From positions 1 to 22,151 of the forward strand of contig NW_021836972.1 in NCBI RefSeq assembly GCF_006345805.1: a DNA stretch of 22,151 bases, in the 5' to 3' direction. Shown piece after piece: positions 9,618 to 19,091 of this stretch. Numbering within the stretch: position 1 is the first letter of the stretch; every line of letters begins with the position of its first letter. The notes under the pieces are model-generated. The model was not told where the DNA came from. It made no database searches and worked only from the letters and a program-made list of their open reading frames with translations. This DNA is from Octopus sinensis (lineage: Eukaryota). The translations under genes were made by a program, and so were the position numbers.

Positions 9618-10043
9618 AGTGAAATAGATTCAATGCGTGTGGTTATTATTGACATAATGACCCTCCTGAAATAAACTATTTGTTGAAATAGAAGTGAAAT
9701 AGATTCAATGCGTGTAGTTATTATTGACATAATGACCCTCCTGAAATACACTATTTGTTGAAACAGAAGTGAAATAGATTCAATGCGTGTAGTTATTATT
9801 GACATAATGACCCTCCTGAAATACACTATTTGTTGAAATAGAAGTGAAATAGATTCAATGCGTGTGGTTATTATTGACATAATGACCCTCCTGAAATAAA
9901 CTATTTGTTGAAACATAGATTCAATGCGTGTAGTTATTATTGACATAATGACTTTCCTGAAATACACTATTTGTTGAAACAGAAGTGAAATAGATTCAAT
10001 GCGTGTGTTTATTATTGACATAATGACCCTCCTGAAATACACT
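9616..10043. repeat. 75-bp minisatellite, ~5.8 units
   Basis: Units start at 9616, 9691, 9766, 9841 (75 bp each), 9916 (66 bp, lacks GAAGTGAAA) and 9982 (partial). Only a few substitutions between units. Confidence 0.95.
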
Positions 10044-10662
10044 CAGATAAAATCTTTCTATTTTCATTACCTCAATTGATGGGAAAATAACCAAAAACTA
10101 AAATATTTTAACCTTACACCTAATATATCTGAAACGATAAATTAACGCTTCGCCTTATGCTAATGTTTACATGAAAAGCTATCATTTTTCGATGTAGAAT
10201 AAAGTGAAATGAGGTTGAAAATGTAAGTACACACTCTGTCAGTAGTAATTCAATGCTCACTTCATCTTTAATTTACCTCAACATGTAATGTGTTACGACG
10301 TAAAGAGGAGTACGAGAATCGAGTGTCAGAGTAGAAACGACACTCGTCTAATGATTACGAAACTGCCAACGCATCTACAAACGAAGGAAATTATATTTCC
10401 AACACTAATTATCTATCTAGTTGTTTATTTATTTATTTATTTATTTGTTTATGTATTTATTTATTTGTTTATATTTTTATTCAGTCATCCATTTGTTATG
10501 TATATATATATACATATATAGTTTTCCGAAACTAACTACACTTGCTAACAATAAATAAATAAATAAAACTACTCAGTTTGTTTCTCGATTCAAATTACAT
10601 CGATTAAAACCATAAGGAAAGACGACGTCTTAATGAATATATCATACTATTTCTGCCGTTGC

Positions 10663-10781
10663 TACCACCACCACCACCACCCCACTACTACTACTACTAC
10701 TACTACTTATTACTACCACCACCACCACCACCACTACTACTACTACTACTACTTATTACTACTGCAACTACCACCACCACC

Positions 10782-10828
<47 letters not shown>

Positions 10829-11057
10829 CACTACTACTGCTACTGCTGCTGCTGCTGCTGTTGCTGATGGTGGTGGTGATAGTGATGACTACGGCGATGA
10901 TGATGATGATGATGATGGTGGTGGTGATGACGATATTGCTGCTGCTGCTGCTGCTACTACTACTACTACTACTACCGATGTCCATGCTCTTACTGTTCCT
11001 TCTCCTCTACAACTACTGCTGCTGCTAAAATTATTACTGTTGCGACTACTACTACTG

Positions 11058-11088
<31 letters not shown>

Positions 11089-11089
11089 A

Positions 11090-11122
<33 letters not shown>

Positions 11123-11137
11123 ACTACTACTTGCTGC
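10663..11137. repeat. Compound trinucleotide tract (CAC/TAC/TGC/GAT/GGT)
   Basis: Direct inspection. Generates the homopolymer ORFs in the track. Confidence 0.95.
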
Positions 11138-11895
11138 TTATAAGCACAGAGAGACGGATAGCATGAATGACTAAAGGAACAGTGTTAATAAGTAGACTGC
11201 TTGTACAATTACACATTACTTATTTGTGTGCAGATGTAATGGAGATAAAACGTTATTTAATTCAATTTACGAAGCGAATTTTAAGAATGGCCAATGACAT
11301 ACACACACACAACACACACACACAGACACGCACACATCAACAAGAATTGGGACATTTTCAATCACGTGATATTACTGTTTACACCACCAACATCGCCACC
11401 AACACTAAGGAGACTTTCTACATCGTTGCTCGACCTGCTAGAATTAGTAACCAAATCGGCTTTCATACAAAAGAACATGTTGAATGGTGTGATCATTAGT
11501 TTCCTACTCGTAGAACAATTATGGGATGGTCACGGTCGGAATATTTTTTTACAATGATAGGCTTATTCAACCAAGGTTGATCTAGAACTAATCAGTGGCA
11601 ATAACATGGTAGAAAGAACAGCGTGGTTTGCCTCAAATTATTCCCAAATTATTAACAAGGGCAGGAGCATATAAGACAATAACGTCTCGAATAGGGATTG
11701 AATATTCTTGATAAGAGTTCTGTCTGTCTGTCTCTCTGTCTACAAAAATTGGAGAAACCCCTTCGTGGTTATCGATAAGCTTGAAATAGCAACCAAATTT
11801 CCTTCAAATTATACTCTTCTCTCAGGTCGATTTAGCATTTAACACAAGCAACAATAAATATTACAATGGATGGGGGTCTCGTACATTATCACTCT

Positions 11896-11990
11896 TATGT
11901 GTGTGTGTGTGTGGTGTGTGTGTGTGTGTGTGGTGTGTGCGTGTGTGTGTGTGTATGTGTGTGTGTGTGTGTGCTTGCGCGTGTGTGCGT
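11896..11990. repeat. (TG)n microsatellite
   Basis: Direct inspection. Confidence 0.95.
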
Positions 11991-12047
11991 TTATAAATAA
12001 ACTCAAGTTGTATCACAGAATTCTGTTGAAGATATAACCATATTTAG

Positions 12048-12457
12048 GGCGTAGGAGTGGCTGTGTGGTAAGTAGCCTGCTTAAGAACCATATGGTTCCG
12101 GGTTCAGTCCCACTGCGTGGCACCTTGGGCAAGTGTCTCCTACTATAGCCTCGGGCCGACCAAAGCCTTGTGAGTGGATTTGGTAGACGGAAACTGAAGG
12201 AAGCCCGTCGTATATATGTATATATATATATATGCATTTGTGTGTATGTTTGTGTGTCTGTTTTGTCCCCTCAACATCGCTTGACAACTGATGTTGGTTA
12301 GTTTACGTCCCCGTAACTAGCGGTTCGGCAAAAGTGACCGATAGAATAAGTACTAGGCTTAAAAAATATAAGTCCTGGGGTCAGTTTCCTCAACTAAAGG
12401 CGGTGCTCCAGCATGGCCACAGTCAAATGACTGAAACAAGTAGAAGAGTAAAAAAGT
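12048..12457 (+). mobile_element. SINE family A, full-length (A4)
   Basis: GGCGTAGGAGTGGCTGTGTGGTAAG head with B box GGTTCAGTCCC, through GGCGGTGCTCCAGCATGGCCACAGTC and AAGAGTA tail. Confidence 0.93.
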
Positions 12458-12703
12458 ATATCCTCTACGGGATGTATTGTTTCACATTTGTCTGACATAA
12501 ATTTACGTACGTAAATGCACACAATCCCATTCCCTCACACACATATTGTGTTAGAGTGTAATATATTGTATGTATGTATATATGTACGTATGTATGTATA
12601 TATAGTTTATCCAAACATGAAAACACAAAGAGAAAGCACAACAACGCTAGGGCGTGGAACAAGTATAGTGTTATTGGACGCACAGGAAAGGAAAGAAAGG
12701 AGC

Positions 12704-12738
12704 ATTTAACGTTTAGAACGGAGCTCTTCGTCAGAAAC
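12704..12738 (-). ncRNA. Minimal type I hammerhead ribozyme motif, probably inactivated
   Basis: Minus strand GTTT-CTGACGA-A-GAGC(TCC)GTTC-TAAA-CG-TT-AAAT: stem I GUUU/AAAU, intact CUGACGA, stem II, G12 replaced by U, 2-nt palindromic stem III CG, GUU triplet. Confidence 0.5.
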
Positions 12739-12766
12739 ATAGGAAAAGAAAAGATCCAAGGAGGTG

Positions 12767-12767
<1 letters not shown>

Positions 12768-12800
<33 letters not shown>

Positions 12801-12832
12801 TGTATGTATGTATGTATGTAGGTATGTATGTA
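12768..12832. repeat. (TATG)n microsatellite
   Basis: Direct inspection. Confidence 0.95.
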
Positions 12833-13151
12833 TAAAGTCATCTTCGTAGTCATAAAGCGAGACAGATGAGTGACAACCTGGCCACTGGTGATGGTGTTAC
12901 ACACCATACTAATCATATCTGTCAGGCATGTGGAAGAGAGTGTAATTCGGCAGGAGGACTTAAACGACATGCAAAGGTAGATGAAGCCCAGTTATAACTA
13001 CAGCCGCTACTGCCGGTAAAGGTTTTAGCTGCCAATTCTGTACAAGACATTGTAGATCTTTAGCTGGGCTAAAATGTTACATTCGATCACAGCACCAATA
13101 ACAGTTAAGCTTCGTGCAATGGCCATACTCGATAACGATGGGTCAGCCATC
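12833..13151 (+). mobile_element. LINE (probably RTE-clade) 3' fragment encoding tandem C2H2-like zinc fingers
   Basis: 12836-12997: SHLRSHKARQMSDNLATGDGVTHHTNHICQACGRECNSAGGLKRHAKVDEAQL*. After a 1-nt frameshift, ...GKGFSCQFCTRHCRSLAGLKCYIRSQHQ* (stop 13099-13101). Then ~50-nt 3' UTR and ATGT repeat. The Cx2CxRxCxSxxGLxxH pattern matches LINE C-terminal fingers rather than TGEKP-linked ZNFs. Confidence 0.65.
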
Positions 13152-13641
13152 ATGTATGTATGTGTGTATTAGTGCGGTATTCCAAAACAACTACGAAGCT
13201 AGTAAGTAGAATATATACTGCAGGTTCCAGATTCCCTCCGTAAAACAACTTAGAAAATAGTTTCTGAATACAATTGGAGATTTTGCCGATCGGAACATTG
13301 TACTAAGAAAGTATCAAAGATGAGGAAAATAGACTGAAAGACGTATGTCGACAATGAAATCATTATCATCTCCATCAGCACCACGAAGAAAAGAAGTAAA
13401 ACCACAAAAGGAAGATGTTTTTAATTTACTGAAGAAAGAATTGTTGTAGATTGTCTGTTGACAAAAAAAAAAAGCAAAAGAAAAGAAAAGAAAGGAAAAG
13501 GAAAAAAATAGAGACGGAGCTAAACCATGTAATTAAAGTAAAATATTTGTTTGCTTTCAATATGTTTTATTCATGAAGTGAAATTACATACATACAGCCA
13601 TGACACTTCTGACTTCGTCTCTATCGTTTTCTTGTTTTACC

Positions 13642-13650
13642 TATCTATCC

Positions 13651-13709
<59 letters not shown>

Positions 13710-13738
13710 AATCTATCTACCCTTATTTTCTCTTTTTC

Positions 13739-13784
<46 letters not shown>

Positions 13785-13960
13785 CTCTATTTTCTGATCT
13801 TTATTTCATCATCATCTCTGTAATATTTCTCGCTACGTATCATTCACATGATTCCATTTCTATATGTATCTTTCTATTCTTCTCACTCCGCTTCCTTTTT
13901 TTCTTCTTCTCTCTCCTTCTCTCTGTCTCTGTCTATCTCTCTCTCTTTTTCTCATTCTCT
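13642..13960. repeat. (TATC)n, (TC)n and pyrimidine-rich tract
   Basis: Direct inspection. Confidence 0.9.
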
Positions 13961-14069
13961 CTGATACTCTCTCGATCGATTACTTATGCCTGAGTCCTCC
14001 GACATACTCACTAATCTATTAATTCTTTATTCATTCCTAACATTTGTCATTTCATTCATTATATGTATA

Positions 14070-14240
14070 TATGTGTATTTGTGCGTGTGTGTGTGTGTGT
14101 TTGTCTGTATGTGTGTTTGTGTGTATGTGTGTGTGCGTGTGTGTGTGTGTGTGTGTGCTTGTGTGCTTGTGTGTGTGTGTGCTTGTGTGCTTGTGTGTGT
14201 GCATGTGTGCGCACATGTATGTATTGCGGATGTGTGCGTG
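14070..14240. repeat. (TG)n-type compound microsatellite
   Basis: Direct inspection. Confidence 0.9.
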
Positions 14241-14381
14241 CACAAGACAACGAGAAACTACGTAATGCACAGAGTGAAATAATAACGGCAACTAAAGCCT
14301 AGGAGATTACACCATATTTGTCCGCAATCTTGCTTTTCGTTGTAACTATTCGTTATATTATAAATTACAATCGCGTATTTA

Positions 14382-14447
14382 AACATACACATACATGCAT
14401 ACAAACATACATACATACATACATACATACATACATACATACATACA

Positions 14448-14480
<33 letters not shown>

Positions 14481-14522
14481 TTACATATATACATACATAC
14501 TTGCATTCATGCATACATACAT
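14382..14522. repeat. (CATA)n microsatellite
   Basis: Direct inspection. Confidence 0.95.
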
Positions 14523-14525
14523 ATA

Positions 14526-14651
14526 TTCAGAGACCGGTATGCATGGGTGACTGCTGGTCTTCCATAATCAACCTTGCCCGTACTTGTGCCTGGGAGGGTA
14601 ACTTTCTAGGTGCAATCCCATGGTCTGTGTCATGACCGAAGGGGGTTTCAG
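14526..14651 (+). mobile_element. ~125-bp unique island inside (CATA)n, probable 3' UTR of a truncated non-LTR element
   Basis: GC-balanced sequence bounded by CATA repeats on both sides. Assignment to a LINE 3' end is inference; single copy in the window. Confidence 0.4.
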
Positions 14652-14683
14652 ACATACATAACATACATACATAAATACATACA

Positions 14684-16306
14684 TTCATTACTTTCTGTAT
14701 ACCCTTTGTCATTCCTGCTAAGGAAGTCTAAAGGATATCTCACTGGTTCACTAGGAAACATAAATACCAAAATTACACACCGTTACTTTGTGGATGACTT
14801 AAAACTTTATGCAAAGAATATGCTTGAGATGGCAAAGAGCCTTGTCCTAGATACAATTTTCTCAATGGATGTAGGGTTGGAGTTTGGTCAGGATAAATGT
14901 TGTTATACGATGGTGAAAAAGGGGAAAACTATAAACCAGACTAGTAACATCTCCATCAATGATTGACTGTTTCCCCTGTATCTGACGAGCAGTGTTACAG
15001 GTATCTAGGGGTGGATGAAAACATATCTTACCATGGCACCTGTAACAAAACACGTGTCACTAATGAATATTACAGCCGAATAAAGAAAATTTGGATCTCA
15101 GAACTCTTTGCATTCAATAAAACAGTGGATCACAATGTGTTCGCAGTGCCAGTATTCGGGTTGCTTAATTGAACGCTTGATGAGATCCGAGCCATTGATG
15201 TGAAAACTCGAAAAATACTAACAAGCAAACGTAATTTCCACATAAACAGTGACGTAGACCGCCTCTACCTAAAACGAAAACAATGTGGCAGAGGTTTAAC
15301 ATTGATCCAAAATGCCTTTGAATGTCGCATCATATCTCTTCGGCACCATCAATTAACCACCAAGTATCAAAGTGCATCCCTTGACCAAGTTTGCATACAT
15401 GAGGCTGTTAACATCATACGACTTGGAAGACAGTTTCTTGAGCAACACTGTCTGATAATCTAGAAACATACCCAAAGAAGTCGCACGATTCTACCACAAT
15501 GAATCATTAGATGAAAGGATGAACCTATTTGAGCAGAAGACTATGCATGGATATGTTACTAGAACGCTCCGTGGTGATAGTAACATCGATCATCAAAGCA
15601 GTCTATCATGGACGAATAGCCGGATTACTACCTCCCACTTTGAAAGTTATGCGTTCGCAATCCAGTAACAGGAAATATCAACCAAATACCTGATGCACAA
15701 AAGGGATAGAGATGCAGGAAAAGCAGTAAAATGTGACAACCGATGCAGACTTTGTGTAGTACACACTGAAGATATCACCCACGTCATAAGCTGTTGTCCG
15801 AAAATGTCATCACAGTATTATCTACCGATGAGACATGATGTTAAAGCTAGGACACTCTATAATGAAATCCGTCAAAAGGATAATCACAAGGATAAAGAAA
15901 TAAGAACCCGCAATATGGTAGAAGCCATAGTCACTCATAATAAAAAGGAGTACTGGTGCAGTGTACCTGTGAAGACCTCAATAAAATGTAAGCACAACAG
16001 ACCTGATATAATGGTTTTGGACAGAGAAGAGAAACTATGCACAGTTGTGTAAATTAGCTGCCCAGCAGTTATTAACATAAAGCTGAAGATCAGAGAAAAA
16101 CAGAAAACCTATGCTGAACTATTGAGAAATTTGCTGTTACTGTATCCAGATTACGAGTTCAGGTTTATGCCTGTAATTATTGGGGCCATGGGATATGTAA
16201 CACACTGCCTAAATACCAATGTTGAGAAATTAGGCTTCTCAAAACCAGAAAAGAGAAACTGGAACTGTAAAAGATCTCTAAAACTTTGCAGAAGTTTATC
16301 ATTTAA
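14684..16306 (+). pseudogene. Disrupted RT-CCHC-RLE ORF of the R4/Dong-like element
   Basis: ORF-track pieces 14610-14966, 14963-15172, 15200-15463, 15693-16052 and 16122-16346 are successive fragments of one protein broken by stops and frameshifts. Confidence 0.88.
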
Positions 16307-16596
16307 ATATATTTTAGCATGTATAGATACGTCACTATATGCATGAGAATACATACATAAAACATACAAATCTGCACATACATACATACATACATACATA
16401 TATACATACATACATACATAAATACGTACATACATATACATACATACATACATACATACATACATACATACATACATACATACACACAAACATACCCTGT
16501 TGTTGATGCTGAAAGTCCAATGAAGAACCTTGAATCTAGGTTAGAAACCGGTTCTTTCTCCTTTGGCAAGAAATCTTGAAATAAACTGAATAATAA
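14684..16596 (+). mobile_element. R4/Dong-like RLE non-LTR retrotransposon, 5'-truncated and decayed
   Basis: RT motif FVDDLKLY (from 14787), FGQDKC, YRYLGVDE, DVDRLYLKRKQCGRGL; CCHC knuckle CRLC..EDITHVISCC (~15744-15797); restriction-like endonuclease HNRPDI..V(*=E)ISCP (~15993-16064); C-terminus GTVKISKTLQKFII* (stop 16304-16306); 3' UTR with internal (CATA)n ending ...CTTGAAATAAACTGAATAATAA. Confidence 0.88.
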
Positions 16597-16614
16597 CATA
16601 CATACATACATACA

Positions 16615-16643
<29 letters not shown>
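16345..16643. repeat. (CATA)n tracts (16345-16490 and 16597-16643)
   Basis: Direct inspection. Confidence 0.95.
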
Positions 16644-16645
<2 letters not shown>

Positions 16646-16648
16646 GTA

Positions 16649-16713
16649 CACAAAATCATACCATGATGATGTTGAAATTCCAATGAAGGAGCCTTGGCTC
16701 TAAGTTAGAAACC

Positions 16714-16768
<55 letters not shown>

Positions 16769-16803
16769 GGCAAGAAATCTTGAAATTAAACTGAATAATG
16801 ATA
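16649..16803 (+). mobile_element. Second copy of the R4/Dong-like 3' terminal segment, with internal (CT)25
   Basis: Homologous to 16485-16596: GATG.TGAAA.TCCAATGAAG.A.CCTTG..TCTA.GTTAGAAACCGG.TCT...TTGGCAAGAAATCTTGAAAT.AACTGAATAAT. Confidence 0.85.
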
Positions 16804-16934
16804 GGCTTCCCAACCTTATGGTTCCAGGTTCAATCCCAATGCGTGCACCTTGGGCAAGTGTCTTCTACTACAGCTTCGGGCCGACTAAAGACTTGTGAAT
16901 GGATTTGACCGGTGGAAACTGAAAAAAGCCCGTC

Positions 16935-16975
<41 letters not shown>

Positions 16976-17200
16976 CATTTTTGTGTGTCTTTGTGTCTGT
17001 GTTTGTATCCCCACCATCGCTTCTTGACAAGCGACGTTGGTGTATTTATGTCCCCGAAATCTAACGGCTCAGCAAAAGAGACCGATAGAGTAAATACTAA
17101 GCTTACAAACAATAAGTCCTGGGGTCGATTTGTTCGACTGAAGGTGGTGCTCCAGAATGGCTGCAGTCAAATAACTGAAACGCGTAAAAGAAAAATAAAA
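16804..17200 (+). mobile_element. SINE family A, head-truncated diverged copy (A5)
   Basis: GGTTCAATCCC B box, CACCTTGGGCAAGTGTCTTCT, internal (TA)n, GGTGGTGCTCCAGAATGGCTGCAGTC, A-rich tail. Confidence 0.88.
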
Positions 17201-17490
17201 GGAAAAGAATACATACATTTATATTTATTTTATTTTATTTTCATAAAACATTTTCGTTATCCACCGATATTACTATTAGTTGAATGAAGCAATGTTTTAG
17301 GTTGAATTCGATTTAAACGTTCTTTTTGCTCGCGATTATAAACTGGCAAGTTTTCAGATGTTCGGTTGGAAATTCGCTAATTTTGAATAGCCTTGATGAT
17401 GTATTAACATATATTTTCGAGGATATTAATATTAATGATATTTTCTATATGTATATTTATGCATATGTACATGTGTGTGCGGCGCTATAT

Positions 17491-17662
17491 AAGTCTGAAA
17501 ATATATATGAAAAGGTATTTTCGAAAAATAAATCAAAATGAAAATTTACTGGTTTTGATTCAGGCATATATAATATATATATATATATGCCTGAATCACA
17601 ACCAGTAAATTTCATTTTGATTTATTTTTCGAAAATACCTTTTCATATATATTTTCAGACTT
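17491..17662. repeat. Long inverted repeat, ~80-bp arms, (TA)n spacer
   Basis: 17491-17570 and 17584-17662 are reverse complements with one mismatch and one 1-nt indel. Confidence 0.95.
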
Positions 17663-17702
17663 TTAAAATAACATTCGATATATTATACAAACTTTACCTT
17701 CT

Positions 17703-17795
17703 CCATCTCTGACGAGCGGAAGTACCGTCTATCAATGTGTATCAATAATGGATTCCATTATAATGACAAAACTTTCGCGAAACGATCGTAAGAGG
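17703..17795 (+). ncRNA. Minimal type I hammerhead ribozyme with intact core and enlarged stem II loop
   Basis: Stem I CC(A)TCT/AGAGG; CTGACGA 17709-17715; stem II GCGGAAGT/ACTTTCGC (17716-17723/17771-17778); GAAA 17779-17782; palindromic stem III CGATCG 17783-17788; GUA cleavage triplet ending at 17790. Confidence 0.8.
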
Positions 17796-18226
17796 CATTA
17801 ATTACCAAACTTTTAGACTTTCCTATATTTACATATATTTGTAATACAATACTACTTTAAACACATATATCAAAAAAAAATTTTTGATATTAAATTTCAT
17901 GCTATTATTTCAAAATATAATATGTATAATCGCTCATATTGAATATCTAAAATACCTTACAGTGTAAATATTTTTGACACTTTATATAAAGAGCACTAAT
18001 TCTAAATCCAGTATATAATATTCTCACAGAATATATTCAATATATATATATATAATATATATAATATATATATAATGCAATAAAAAACAATCGTCGGCTT
18101 TATAAGGTGAGATCCATAATAAAGATATAATTTTCTCTGTACATTTTTATTTATTTATTAATTTTGTTAAATACTCTGAATTGCTCGAAATTCTGCAAAA
18201 GGACATTTGGAATTACCTGTCATGTT

Positions 18227-18261
18227 AATACATACCCCAGGATTAACCTGGGGTATGTATT
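18227..18261. repeat. Perfect 15-bp inverted repeat with 5-nt loop
   Basis: AATACATACCCCAGG-ATTAA-CCTGGGGTATGTATT. Confidence 0.9.
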
Positions 18262-18373
18262 CTACTTACATTTACTGATATCTGATTGTAGAACATTTAT
18301 AACCAAATTCTTTTAATACTGAGTGCTTTATTGATATCTTCCAGGATTTTTTTAATCCCATTTTCCTTCTAAC

Positions 18374-18530
18374 TATATATATATATATATATATGTATAT
18401 GTGTTTGTGTGTGTGTGTGTGTGTGTGTATATATCTACACACACACACATATATATATACATATATATATACATATATATATATAATATACACACACATA
18501 TATATATACATACACACACGCACACACATA
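18374..18530. repeat. (TA)n/(TG)n/(CA)n compound microsatellite
   Basis: Direct inspection. Confidence 0.9.
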
Positions 18531-19091
18531 TTACTGCTTCGAATCTATGCATGGTTCCAGAACTTCAGGCTCGAGTCGAATAGAACAAACTACTCCAAAT
18601 CCTTGCGATATTATCCTTGTGGAGAGAGTTCAGAATGGATAGCTACTAATGGTATAAACTTGTATAATGTATAATAACGAAGCCAAACTAAATAATGATA
18701 TGTCCAATGCATTTGATACGTAGTTTTCAGGTAATTGCTCTACAGATGAAAGGGGAATCCCATCTCTTATGCGAAATCTTCCTCAGTTAAAACATGAAAT
18801 TACGAACTAACGAATGGAATTCGCTCTTTCTATATGGTCGGGCAATTTAAGCTGCCTACTAGATGAGGAGCAGATGTAGTCAGGAGAGATGGAATATCTA
18901 TAGAAAGTGAGAGAGAGAGGGGGAGGGAGAGAAAAGAGAGGAAAAGGATTGGTAGTGTAGGTATGACGAGGAAAAGGTATCAGGATAGAGAAAAGAGAGA
19001 TGGAGCCACATGGCAGAAAGGGAAAAGTCCAACTAAGTAAGACTAAACAAATAAATGAGGATACCGACATAACTGAAAACATAATTATCAC

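Noticed and set aside
9616-10043. Possible CRISPR-like array
   Set aside because: Units are contiguous tandem repeats with no unique spacers, in eukaryotic context with no cas genes.
10633-11174. 131-aa and 171-aa homopolymer ORFs
   Set aside because: Pure trinucleotide repeat translations with no supporting splice or start context.
12836-13101. Host C2H2 zinc-finger gene exon
   Set aside because: Lacks TGEKP linkers and splice sites, is frameshifted, begins abruptly at a microsatellite and ends with a LINE-like UTR and tail.
14982-14988. CTGACGA hammerhead-like box
   Set aside because: Lies in the R4-like coding sequence (S-D-E codons) with no stem II/GAAA partner.
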